Assembly (NCBI GenBank): GCA_948436025.1
Contig: CAOJHH010000003.1
Location: 1 to 61,944, forward strand
DNA length: 61,944 bases
DNA from: an uncultured Clostridium sp.
GTDB taxonomy: Bacteria; Bacillota; Clostridia; TANB77; CAG-508
Direction: 5' to 3'
Positions 41,535-51,585 of this stretch are shown piece after piece; positions within the stretch are counted from its first letter, which is position 1; each line of letters starts with the position of its first letter. Made by a program: the position numbers and the translations under genes. The notes under the pieces were generated by a model that saw nothing but the letters and a program-made list of their open reading frames with translations, searched no databases and was not told the DNA's origin.

Positions 41535-41649
41535 AAAACATTAGAAAATGAAGAAAAATTTGAATAAGACTTGTATAAGGTTAGTGTAAGAGTTAATATA
41601 ACACAAACTTTGTACAGCCTTTTTTCTTTGGAAAGGAAGGTTATATAAA

Positions 41650-42372
41650 ATGGGAGGAAGAGCAGATTACGAAGAAAGAAAACAAAGGAGAATAGAAAGA
41701 TACAAAGCAGTATCACAAAAAGCAAAAGAAGAGGCACATGCAAGAAGTAATTCTAATGCTAACAGAATCTTAATGATGACACATGGACAGCCTATAATTA
41801 TTGGACATCATTCCGAAAGAAAAGCAAGAAAATTGCATAGACAAGCTGAATACGATATAAGAAAATCGATAGAACTTTCTAATAAAAGTGACTATTATGA
41901 AGCAAAAGCGAGACATGTAGAAAATAGCAATGCTATTTATAATGATGATCCTAATGCTATCGAAAAATTAAAAGAAAAGTTAGAAAGATTAGAGAAGAAA
42001 AGAGATAGTATAAAAGCAAGACCACATGAAACATGGGAACTTACTAATGTTGGAGCAAATATTAGAGAAACAAAATTACGAATCAGAAGACTAGAGGAAC
42101 AAGAACAATTAGTATTTCCAAACACAGAATTTAAAGGTGGTAAAGCAATTCATAATAAAGAAATAAATAGGATTCAGCTAATTTTTAATGGAAAACCTGA
42201 TGAAAAAATTAGAAATAGGTTAAAACATAATGGATTTCATTGGTCTAGGAATGAAGGTGCTTGGCAAAGAGAATTTAATAAAAGAACTATATATGTAACT
42301 AATTCTTTAATAAAAGATGTATTAAATAATGAAAATATAAAACAAGATGAAGAAGGTGAAGAATTTGAATAG
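41650..42372 (+). CDS. DUF3560-domain protein
   Basis: GQPIIIGHHSERKARK core typical of DUF3560; C-terminal KP..LK.NGFHWS..GAWQ module; tail ..EEGEEFE. Confidence 0.65.
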   Translation: MGGRADYEERKQRRIERYKAVSQKAKEEAHARSNSNANRILMMTHGQPIIIGHHSERKARKLHRQAEYDIRKSIELSNKSDYYEAKARHVENSNAIYNDDPNAIEKLKEKLERLEKKRDSIKARPHETWELTNVGANIRETKLRIRRLEEQEQLVFPNTEFKGGKAIHNKEINRIQLIFNGKPDEKIRNRLKHNGFHWSRNEGAWQREFNKRTIYVTNSLIKDVLNNENIKQDEEGEEFE

Positions 42373-42391
42373 ACTACAATTATTTAAAGAA

Positions 42392-42814
42392 ATGTATGAA
42401 ATGTCTACTCAAAATCTAATTTGTTATTCAAAAGATTATTTAATGACAAAACCACAACCACGATTTATTAAAGAATGGAAAAGAGAACATGAAAAAGTTG
42501 AATTATTAAAAGTAATAATTGCAGAGGAAAAGCAAAAAGGAGAGAATAATATGAGTTTTACACAAGAACAAATATTAAGAATGTATCCTAAGGTACAATA
42601 TTATGTAAGAAACAGTAATGGAGGTTTATTAGCGGGTACAGTAGAACTTGCTGATGCAAAAAAGTATGCTGAACAATACAAAAATGAATATATAAATGAT
42701 CCACTAAACAATCACTTAGGAGTTTCTGTATATGATAAACAAGGAAAAAATATATATAATGCACGTGGAAGTAAAAACAAAGCTAAAGATGAAGAAACAG
42801 AGGAATTTGAGTAA
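42392..42814 (+). CDS. hypothetical protein (alternative start 42551)
   Basis: Open frame. The best RBS (AAAGGAGAG) serves ATG 42551 (MSFTQEQ..), but the upstream frame looks coding. Tail ..DEETEEFE. Confidence 0.45.
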   Translation: MYEMSTQNLICYSKDYLMTKPQPRFIKEWKREHEKVELLKVIIAEEKQKGENNMSFTQEQILRMYPKVQYYVRNSNGGLLAGTVELADAKKYAEQYKNEYINDPLNNHLGVSVYDKQGKNIYNARGSKNKAKDEETEEFE

Positions 42815-42898
42815 TTTTTTAGAGGTAAAACTATACTAAAATAGAATAAAAGTGGCACAAAATAAATTCTCGTGGGAGAGAATTTTAGGAGGTAGAAC

Positions 42899-44143
42899 AT
42901 GAAAGTAATTGTAGCAAATAAAGATGACTACATTAGATTTAATGCTAGGTTATTAAATAAATTAAATACTTTTGAATTAACAGGTGATACAGAAGATTAT
43001 ATTATACACCGAGTGAAACTTGGAAAAGATACACAAGATGTTTCCTTAATGGATTCATGTATTAATAATCTTTTAGATGAACAATATGAAAAAAGAGAAT
43101 ATATTAAACTTGAAGAAATACAAGCAATCAACGATTTGATATTAAATTTAAATAAAGATGAATGTCATATTTTAAATGCCTATGCTGAGGTAAATAGATA
43201 TAATGTAAAGAATTTAAATGAAATAGAAGAATTAATTTCTAATATAAATGATTATCAAATATTAGAAAAATATAATTTACATGAATTAGGATTATTAATA
43301 GCAGAGAAAGTACCCGGATATAAAATGGACATTAATGTAATACCTTTTATGAATTTTGCAAAACTAGCAGAGAATTATCTCTTTGATGCTAATATAAAAG
43401 AACAATTTTGCTCTTATGGACTTTTAGTAAATACAAGAGAAATGCTAGACAATGAATTAATACAACCTAAACTTGAAGATGACAAGGTATTAAAAATAGA
43501 AGTAGTAAACAAGAAAGAATTTGAAGAATCATCAATGTATAGTAAAGTGACAATATATTTGCCTACAACAAAGGAGAGGCTTGAAGAAAAATTCAAGTTA
43601 ATAAATTTAGATTATAATAAACTAACAATACAAGATACTCATATCACTAAATGCGAAATAGTTAACTTTTATGATGAGATATTAGCAACTAGATTTAACA
43701 AAGTAATGGAATATCAAATAGAAAAATATTTTAAAAATTCATATACAACACCTTTTCACGAAATAGAATTATTATGCAATGAAGTAAAAAATTTTGATAA
43801 CATTAGAATGCAAAAATTTTTGGCAATAGAAGAAATTAAGGATAATAAAATAAACTATATTCATGATTTAGTAAACTGTGCAAAGCAGACAAGTAAGTAT
43901 AATTTATTACCTAATGTAAATGATTTTTTTGATATGGGAAAATATTTAGTAAATGAAACAGGTCATTTTGATGATGTTAGTCTTTTAGAAGATTATATTG
44001 ATTACTATAAATTAGCAAAAGATTATACACAAAAAGGATGTACATACAATGGAAAGTTTACTGAATACGGATATTTAATGGAAAAAGAATTTATAGAAAA
44101 AGAAAACAAGGAAGAAAGTGAAAATGAGGAAGAATTTGAGTAG
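42899..44143 (+). CDS. ArdA-like antirestriction protein (extended, multi-domain)
   Basis: C-terminal ..FDMGKYLVNETGHFDDVSLLEDYIDYYKLAKDY.. resembles the ArdA C-terminal region (..YYIEETG....L.NYIDY..). Very acidic; tail ..NEEEFE. Confidence 0.6.
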   Translation: MKVIVANKDDYIRFNARLLNKLNTFELTGDTEDYIIHRVKLGKDTQDVSLMDSCINNLLDEQYEKREYIKLEEIQAINDLILNLNKDECHILNAYAEVNRYNVKNLNEIEELISNINDYQILEKYNLHELGLLIAEKVPGYKMDINVIPFMNFAKLAENYLFDANIKEQFCSYGLLVNTREMLDNELIQPKLEDDKVLKIEVVNKKEFEESSMYSKVTIYLPTTKERLEEKFKLINLDYNKLTIQDTHITKCEIVNFYDEILATRFNKVMEYQIEKYFKNSYTTPFHEIELLCNEVKNFDNIRMQKFLAIEEIKDNKINYIHDLVNCAKQTSKYNLLPNVNDFFDMGKYLVNETGHFDDVSLLEDYIDYYKLAKDYTQKGCTYNGKFTEYGYLMEKEFIEKENKEESENEEEFE

Positions 44144-44146
44144 GAG

Positions 44147-44752
44147 ATGATTTTTGTAATGTTTGAAAAAAATGAAGTAACGACTAAAGAACAGTTAGAA
44201 GAATTATATAAATCATCTGCATTGACATTCACAGGAATTGTAGCAGATGATGAAAATTTAAATAAAATAGTTGAATGGATAAAAAGGTATTCAGAAATTT
44301 CACAACCATTGCCAATACATATTATTAAAGGGAAGGTTATGAATGAAAATTATAGATTAACTGGAGATAATGCATATAATGATGATTTAACATTAGTTTC
44401 AATAAAAACAGAAGATATAAAACAAGTTAATCTACTTGCAATACCAAGATTTGAAGTTGGAGGTAGATGGTTTGATGATATTGTTAACAATAATGCAGTT
44501 AGAGAGAATAACAAAGTATCAGAAAAACAGAAACCAAAGTGTCCTTTGATTGGAGAAGATGGAAATATTTTTAATTTAATGGGTATTGCATCAAGAACAT
44601 TAAAAAGAAATGGAATGCAAGAAGAGGCAAAAGAAATGTGTGATAAAATTACTAAGTCAGGAAGTTACGATCAGGCATTAGCAATTATAAGCGACTATGT
44701 TGAAGTAACCAGTAGAGAAGAAATAGAAGAAGATGACGAAGAATATGAATAA
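44147..44752 (+). CDS. hypothetical protein
   Basis: 201 aa. The C-terminal module CPLIGEDGNIFNLMGIASRTLKRNGMQEEAKEM is common in phage and plasmid small proteins. Tail ..EDDEEYE. Confidence 0.5.
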   Translation: MIFVMFEKNEVTTKEQLEELYKSSALTFTGIVADDENLNKIVEWIKRYSEISQPLPIHIIKGKVMNENYRLTGDNAYNDDLTLVSIKTEDIKQVNLLAIPRFEVGGRWFDDIVNNNAVRENNKVSEKQKPKCPLIGEDGNIFNLMGIASRTLKRNGMQEEAKEMCDKITKSGSYDQALAIISDYVEVTSREEIEEDDEEYE

Positions 44753-44765
44753 AATAGTGCAAATG

Positions 44766-44887
44766 CAGAGACGTCTCAATGACCACTCTGTTTTTTTATA
44801 GCACCCAGCTAAAAGCTACGCTTTTAGGCAGTTTGTGGGCGAGGGGAGGTCGCCCTGATCCTGCAAAATTGCCTGAAGGCAATTTTG
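44766..44887. promoter_or_regulatory. candidate oriT / structured region (four hairpins)
   Basis: Locally GC-rich. Hairpins at 44766-44790 (followed by T7), 44809-44827 (8 bp), 44837-44855 (6 bp) and 44864-44887 (10 bp), directly upstream of the RHH and relaxase genes. Confidence 0.45.
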
Positions 44888-44906
44888 ATCTGTACAGGAG
44901 GAAAAA

Positions 44907-45371
44907 ATGGAGAAGAAAAAAGGCGAAGAAGAGTTAGACAAAGTAACAATAAGACTTCCAAAAAGTAAGAAAGAAATGCTTATAAAAGTAGTAGAAAAAA
45001 GTTCTTATAATAGCATTTCAGAATTAGTTAGAGCAGGAATTGATAAAGAGTTAAATCTGCAAATATATAGAGATAATTTAGATTTTATAATTAAAGAATT
45101 AGACAAAATGATTGATGTAAAACTAGATCCATTCATAAAATCTCAAAGGAAAATAAATGCAAAGCATTTGAGAACAAGTGCTATAAATACGTATTTACAT
45201 GGAGAAGTATTGCATAGACTACTTGGAGATGATATGCATAAGAATTTTATTAGTATTTTAAATAATGCACGTAAAAAAGCTAATTATTATATTAATCACG
45301 ATACAAAAAATATGACAGAACAAGACTTATATGATTTTTATACGATAGGAGAAATATATAGAAATGAGTAA
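44907..45371 (+). CDS. ribbon-helix-helix protein, probable relaxosome accessory factor
   Basis: N-terminal KVTIRLPKSKKEMLIKVVEK..SELVRAGI RHH pattern; overlaps the relaxase start. Confidence 0.6.
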   Translation: MEKKKGEEELDKVTIRLPKSKKEMLIKVVEKSSYNSISELVRAGIDKELNLQIYRDNLDFIIKELDKMIDVKLDPFIKSQRKINAKHLRTSAINTYLHGEVLHRLLGDDMHKNFISILNNARKKANYYINHDTKNMTEQDLYDFYTIGEIYRNE

Positions 45372-46602
45372 TTTAATATTTCTTTTTGAAGCATTTAATC
45401 CAAATAAGAGAACTACATTTTTTAAGCATAAAAATTACACAAATTACATTGCTTATAGTGAATATGCAATAAGAAATCCCAATACTATACATGGCTTATT
45501 TGGAAAAATAAATGAATTTCCTAATATACAAGAAATGGATAATATAGAACAAGTAAATAATCATATAACTGAATTAGCAAGAAATAAAGTTCCAATATAT
45601 AGAGTTACTTTATCATTAGAAGAATATGATGCTATCAGATTAGGGTATGACAAACAGGAAAAATGGAAGGAATTATTTGAAAGTATGTTAGTAAGTCTTG
45701 CAGAAAAAATGAATATAAAATACGAAGATTTACAATATATAGGAGCAGTTCATTTGGAAAGTGGACATCCACACTTGCAGGTTATGGTTTGGAGCAAACA
45801 ACGATACAAAATGAACTATTATATTGATTATGTAAGAATAAACAAAATGCGAGATGAGTTTACAAATGCAATATTTAGAGAGGATTTGATTCAGTTATAT
45901 AATGAAAGAGATATAGCTAAGAAAGGACTTATTGAAAAAAATAGTTTTTTACAGAAGTTAAAAAATATAAATTCAGATCCTAAATTTCTAAAAGATATAA
46001 TGCAATATAAAAGAGATTTTACAAATAAAAGAATAATGAAGAAAACTTTTAAGGATGAAGAGTTAAAAAAACTAGTAAAAGAATTATTTCTACTAAAAGA
46101 ACAATTAAAACAAACAGATGGAAGTATTAAATATCAGTATCTAAAAAGGTATCCTGATATTATAAAACAAGTGGATTGTATATCTAAAACGATTATAGAT
46201 ATGTCGTTAGAAACTAAAATAGAAATAGAAAAGTATATTTTAGCAAAGCAACAAATTGTGTCGTTTAAATATCAAGATCAAGAAAAAATTGCAAAAGCAC
46301 AAGAGTCAGAAAAACAAAAAGCAGAAGAAGAAATATTGAAACTAATAGGAAATCAAATATTAAATTTTGAAAGAGTATTACTAAATGAACATGAAGAATA
46401 TTCAAACATTAGATATATCAATTACAGTAGAGATTTAATTTGGAGAGTTTTCAATTGTATTTATTTTTCCACTAAGCAAGATGAAAAATATGCTAAAAGA
46501 TACGAAATTAATTATAAAAAACAATTATCAAAACAAGCTAAAAAAGATTTAGCAATAAAGAAAGCAAATAGTTCATCTTTTAATTGGGAAGATGATTTAT
46601 AA
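45364..46602 (+). CDS. MobL-type conjugative relaxase
   Basis: N-terminal nuclease-like region with histidine motif HLESGHPHLQVMVW; position after the RHH gene. Confidence 0.6.
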   Translation: MSNLIFLFEAFNPNKRTTFFKHKNYTNYIAYSEYAIRNPNTIHGLFGKINEFPNIQEMDNIEQVNNHITELARNKVPIYRVTLSLEEYDAIRLGYDKQEKWKELFESMLVSLAEKMNIKYEDLQYIGAVHLESGHPHLQVMVWSKQRYKMNYYIDYVRINKMRDEFTNAIFREDLIQLYNERDIAKKGLIEKNSFLQKLKNINSDPKFLKDIMQYKRDFTNKRIMKKTFKDEELKKLVKELFLLKEQLKQTDGSIKYQYLKRYPDIIKQVDCISKTIIDMSLETKIEIEKYILAKQQIVSFKYQDQEKIAKAQESEKQKAEEEILKLIGNQILNFERVLLNEHEEYSNIRYINYSRDLIWRVFNCIYFSTKQDEKYAKRYEINYKKQLSKQAKKDLAIKKANSSSFNWEDDL

Positions 46603-46749
46603 AAATTATAAATAGATAAAAAATTAAAAATATTATAGACATAGTTGAAATAATATTGTAAAATAAAAGCCATAGGAAATTGATAATTAGTGGAACGGTT
46701 TTGCCACCCAATATTACACGATTCATCGTAGGAAAGGCGGGTGGTGTTT

Positions 46750-46863
46750 ATGGTTAAAGTGATACTATTTTTTGTAATACCATTAATGATATCTTTAACA
46801 TTAAATGTTGCCTTGATGTCAGTTCTATATAAGAACTGGGTAGATAAGCAATTACATAAATAA
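46750..46863 (+). CDS. 37-aa hydrophobic peptide, type I toxin-like
   Basis: MVKVILFFVIPLMISLTLNVALMSVLYKNWVDKQLHK; RBS GGCGGGTGG. The ORF is bracketed by long-range complementary segments (see findings). Confidence 0.45.
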   Translation: MVKVILFFVIPLMISLTLNVALMSVLYKNWVDKQLHK

Positions 46864-47083
46864 AAAATAAACCATTCTACTTTTGACAGGGTAAATGGTT
46901 TATTAAAACTATCTCTGGCAAAACCGTATCTAACGGAATTGTCATTTCCTATTTTTATTATACTCTAATTATAGTAATAAAGTCAAGAAATTATAAAAAT
47001 TATTTTGAAATACCATAAACAGTAGTATATGTATATTTTAATGTTATGATTATAATAAGGTATAAAGAAAGGAATTACAACCT

Positions 47084-47398
47084 ATGAAAATGGAATTTAT
47101 ATTTAATAAAAAGAAATTAGAACAAACAGGATATAAAGAAGAACAATGTTTAAATGCAATTAGAAATCATTTTAATTCATATAAAAGTAAAACAATAAAA
47201 GAAATTGGAAATGGAGTTTGGGAAGGTTCAGAAGAAGATTGGAATGCTTTTGGATCTACAGCAAGATTTCCATATACAAGTTGGTTTTTGAAAGTAATTG
47301 AAGATTGGTATTGGTATGTAGATGAAGGAGATGGACTTGGAAAACAAAAAGAAGATTGTTTACAAAGCTATTATGAAGTAAAAGCTGTAAATTCTTAA
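47084..47398 (+). CDS. hypothetical protein (104 aa)
   Basis: RBS AAGGAA; followed by the terminator CATTTAC-aaatat-GTAGATG-T7 at 47429-47455. Confidence 0.45.
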   Translation: MKMEFIFNKKKLEQTGYKEEQCLNAIRNHFNSYKSKTIKEIGNGVWEGSEEDWNAFGSTARFPYTSWFLKVIEDWYWYVDEGDGLGKQKEDCLQSYYEVKAVNS

Positions 47399-47506
47399 AT
47401 GAGTGATATAGAAATATAAAAGCAAGAGCATTTACAAATATGTAGATGTTTTTTTGATTTCCAAGTAAAGGAGGAATGTAGAGAATTCCAACAAAGGAGA
47501 ATAAAA

Positions 47507-49466
47507 ATTAATAGAAGAATATTAATCATAGTAGCAATTATATTTAGTGTATTTGTGTGTTCTTATTTTTCAGTAAGTTTGCACTTTATACTAAGTAAAA
47601 ATTTTGAGAGCTTATTAAGTATGGATGCTTTATCAATTATTAATACATTAATTGCAGAGAAGAAAGTATTAGCAATATTTTGTGTATTAGAATTAATGGT
47701 AGTATCTTTTTTAATTTTATTTACTAATGGTACAAAAAATATATACCATAGCAAGAAAATAAAACTAACAGACAAATTAGAAATACCAACACCAATTCGG
47801 AGATGGACAACATGGTACATCATGGTGGTTACAGAAAAATGACTATGACAAAGTATTTAAACACAATACTATAAATAGGAATAACCAATATAATAAAATT
47901 TCTCTTGATTCAGGTGGAATTATAACAAATTTTGAAAGAGCCAATGAAATAGAAAAAATTCATTTTATAGATGATAACTTGCATGTATTATTAATAGGAA
48001 GTTCAGGCTCAGGAAAAAGTAGATCAATATTAATTCCAAGTATCACAATGTTAGGATTAGCAGGAGAAAACTTATTTATTAGTGATGTTAAAGGGGAGTT
48101 ATATTTATATACTGCAGAAAAATTAAAAGAGTTAGGCTACAATGTTATTGCATTGGACTTTATCAATTTTCTAAAAAGTAATCATTACAATTACTTGGAT
48201 CTAGTAATTAATGCAGTAGAAAAGGATGATATTCCACTTGCTGAAAGTCTAGTTAATGATATTGTTAATGTATTAGTTGAAAAAAATGATAAGACAGAGC
48301 CTATTTGGGTTAATGGTGAAATGAGTGTAATAAAAACAGCAATTATGGCAGTTGTTCTTGAAAATAAAGGCAAGAGAGAATATCAGACATTAACAAATGC
48401 TTATTATTTTGTAGCAGAGATGTTCAAAACTGATGAAGATGGAGAGATACTAATTGATAAGTACATGAAAAATAAAGATGCAAACGATCCAATAAAAAAG
48501 TTTTTTGCAGTAGCAGGAACAGCTCCATCTAAAACTAGAGGAAGTTTTGTCGCTGCAGCACTTTCTACATTGCAAATGTTTGTTAGTGAATATGTTGCAG
48601 ATACTATACAGAAATCAGATTTTGATTTAAGAGATTTTGCAAAGAAAAAAACGGCAATATATATTTTATTAAGTGACGACAAATTAACATACCATAAACT
48701 TCGGAAGCTTATTAGTACAGCAGTTATATACTGCTATTGTAGATATTAGTAGAGAAGAAGGTGGAGAACTACCCATAAGGATGAACTTTATTTTAGATGA
48801 GTTTGCAAACTTTACAAAAATAGAAACATTTCAGTCTATGCTAACAGTTTCTAGAAGTAGAAATTGCAGATTTGTTATTGCACTTCAAAGTTTCGGGCAA
48901 TTAGAAGAAAAGTATCGGAAAAGAAGGAACACAGAACATTTTAGATAACTGTGCTTGGATATACTTAAAATCAAGTAATATTGATACGGCAACTAAAATT
49001 TCAGACAAACTACGGCACATATACAGCACAAAGCTATGGAGAAAGTAGTAATACAAATATAAAATACAACAATTCAAGTAGCAGTATGAGTTTAATTTCA
49101 CGAAAACTCTTAACGCCTGATGAAGTATTAAAAATTGAAAGTCCATATATTTTAGTTATGATAGCAGGTAAACCACCTGCTCTTTTAAATGTACCAGACA
49201 TTAGTAAAATGTATTTTAACAAACTAAATGGAATGGGAACAAAAGAAGAAAACCAAAGGTTAAGAATCGAAAGAGAAAATGCAAGAGAAGTAAGAAAAAT
49301 ATCTAAATCAAAAATATGGAACATTTGGGATAAAGTAAGAAATAATGAATTTGACTTAGATAAAGAAGAGGAAGAAATAGAAACACTTAGAAAAAATTGG
49401 CAAGTGAATGGAACAAGAAGGGAGAATGTAGAAATTGAGAAAAGAAACAACGAAGATGATAATTAG
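47507..49466 (+). CDS. type IV coupling protein (TraG/VirD4 family), read across four +1 shifts
   Basis: N-terminal TM region; Walker A LLIGSSGSGKSRS; ..ILDEFANF..; ..RSRNCRFVIALQSFGQL... Continuity needs +1 at CGG 47798, 48702, 48916 and 49013. No AUG/GUG/UUG start before the first TM; ATT at 47507 follows AGGAG. Confidence 0.75.
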
Positions 49467-49779
49467 AATAAGTGTAAAAGTTATATTATGTGTTATTTTG
49501 TTACTTACATTTCAACAAGTAGTTCGTGCAGGTAGTTTTGAAAGTACAAAATTAGTAACAGGTACAAAAAGCTTAGCAGAGGCAATTATTAGTTGGTTAA
49601 CAGGTATAGGAATCACAATTTGTGGAGGATATTTTATATACTATGTCTATTGTCTAAAAACTAATGATGAAGGAGAGCGAAGAAGAAATATTCAAAACAT
49701 TAAAACTACATTAATAAGTATGGTATTAATAACTTGTGGCTTAGCACTTATTGATGTAATTCTTGGATTCTACAAGTAG
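49435..49779 (+). CDS. VirB2/TrbC/Maff2-like small membrane protein
   Basis: TTG at 49435, 8 nt after AGGGAG; signal peptide then two TM helices. Confidence 0.55.
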   Translation: MRKETTKMIIRISVKVILCVILLLTFQQVVRAGSFESTKLVTGTKSLAEAIISWLTGIGITICGGYFIYYVYCLKTNDEGERRRNIQNIKTTLISMVLITCGLALIDVILGFYK

Positions 49780-49820
49780 GAAAGAATAGTGATTCTTTCT
49801 TTTTAGGTAGGTGATGCCAA

Positions 49821-50659
49821 GTGGCAGACATGCTTGTAGAATTAATACAAAAATTTATTTATGGCTCAGAGGCAACATTAAATTCGCTTTTTAAGTCAAT
49901 GGTAAATCTAGTATTTTTTATAGAAAGAGAATTAAATGCAATACAAGTGCAAGGAGGCTCTAAGATAGATTTTAATGGAATCTATCAAGTTATTTTTAGT
50001 TATGCATGTTTTATATTAGTAGTTGTCTTTATAAGTAAGCTAATAAAAACATATTTTTTACATGATAATGGCGATCCAGAGAAAAATCCAATTCATTTAG
50101 TAATTGGCATGTTAAAAGCAGTTATTGTAATGATATGTTTCAAAGAAGTATATGACATTTTTGTTGGTATTACATCTAGTTTACTAAGTAGCATTTTAGG
50201 TGCAATGCCTGTTCAAACGGTTAGTTTAGCAGAGGCTTTAAGTAATAACATAGCAGGAGGCATTTTTACAGCAATTGCTTGTTTAGTATTACTTATAACT
50301 TGGTTGATATTAATTTGTCAATTCATTATGAAACGGCATAGAAATGTTACTTATGAGAATGGGGATTCCATTTGCTACAATACGGACTTTTAAATTCAGA
50401 CGAAGGTGTATTTCCTGAATATATTAGAGGCTTTTTGATGACAGCTTTTACATTAGTAATACAATTGTGCATGATGAATTTATCAATATTAGTAACAATA
50501 AATGGACATCTAATTTATGGGATAGCGATTGGGGTTATAGCTGTTAATACACCAACAATATTAGGAAAATATATGGTAAAACCAAACGGAAGTATTATAA
50601 ATTCAGCAGGTAACACAGCAAGAAATATAAGAGCATTACTTCCACGAAGGAGGAGATAA
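49821..50659 (+). CDS. TrbL/VirB6-like polytopic T4SS protein, read across two +1 shifts
   Basis: Multi-TM. ..LICQFIMK/GIEMLLMRMGIPFATI/GLLNSDEGVFPEYIRGF.. is continuous only with +1 at CGG 50334 and 50383. Confidence 0.65.
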
Positions 50660-50661
50660 AA

Positions 50662-51240
50662 ATAGAAATACTACAAGAAATTATACGAGTATTAAGAAAT
50701 GTAGGAATCACAATTGGTGGAGTCACATTTCTTGTTTTTATGATAAAAATGGGAGTTGATCCTGATGGTAAAGCAAGATATATAAAACTTGCTAAAAATA
50801 CAGTTATAGCAAGTATATTAATTACACTATCATTAACTTTGCTAGAAATACCAAAGAATTATTTTGGAAGTCCTGTTGGTATAGCTGATGAAGAAGTTGG
50901 CGAAGTAACCATTGCAAAAATTGAAGATAAAGATTGTCAAGGTAGAGAAACTGTAAATATAGATGGTAAAAGATTTGTAGTAACAGATACAAATAAAAAA
51001 CTTGCATCAGTTTCAGATAATGAAACTTTAAGTGAGGCGGTTGATATATATATAGGAGGCAACATCATAGAGAATGTAAGCTATTTACGACCATTTAATG
51101 AATGTCAGGGATTTTTCAAAGGCTTTTATGCAAAAATTGAATATTTTAGAGATGCAGATGGATATATATTTCCATTTAATTTTACATATAACCAATACTT
51201 AAGCCATAAAAGTGAAGCTCGGTCGGAGGAGGTATTGTAG
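50662..51240 (+). CDS. membrane-anchored protein with VirB2-like N-terminus (start uncertain; first AUG at 50740)
   Basis: The frame is open from before 50662 and encodes a first TM (ITIGGVTFLVFMI) upstream of the first AUG. AGGAGG at 50649 is followed by ATA at 50662. An in-frame GCT-CGG lies at 51220 near the stop. Confidence 0.45.
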   Translation: MEILQEIIRVLRNVGITIGGVTFLVFMIKMGVDPDGKARYIKLAKNTVIASILITLSLTLLEIPKNYFGSPVGIADEEVGEVTIAKIEDKDCQGRETVNIDGKRFVVTDTNKKLASVSDNETLSEAVDIYIGGNIIENVSYLRPFNECQGFFKGFYAKIEYFRDADGYIFPFNFTYNQYLSHKSEARSEEVL

Positions 51241-51585
51241 GTGGAAGATAAAAGGAAGATTAATATACCATCACAAATCAGGCTAAAAACTGAATTTTTT
51301 GAAGGGTATGGAGTAGAAGAGCTAATAAAGACCATGATTGTTTTAGGGATATCTTGTATAATTGCATATATTATATATCTTTTTATAAGAGTAACATTAA
51401 TATCTACTCTATTGGTTATTGGCTCTGTTGTCATTGCTGTTGTATTCTTAACTAAGAATAGAAACAACTTTTCAATGGCAGATAATATAATAAATACTAT
51501 AAAATATGAACTTATGCAGAAGAGGTATAAGTATGAAAGGGGTAATTTTAATAAAACTGAAACAACGAACAAAAACATTAAATGA
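51241..51585 (+). CDS. PrgI/VirB3-like T4SS protein
   Basis: GTG start after GGAGGAGG; short N-terminus then two TM helices; located before VirB4. Confidence 0.55.
   Translation: MEDKRKINIPSQIRLKTEFFEGYGVEELIKTMIVLGISCIIAYIIYLFIRVTLISTLLVIGSVVIAVVFLTKNRNNFSMADNIINTIKYELMQKRYKYERGNFNKTETTNKNIK

Noticed and set aside
42372-42551. Single-strand promoter-like hairpins (Frpo-type) in the spacers of the leading-region-like block
   Set aside because: The spacers are AT-rich with only short stems (for example AATTCTC..GAGAATT at about 42864-42883). Nothing approaches the long imperfect hairpins of known ssDNA promoters; only the 44766-44887 region is structured.
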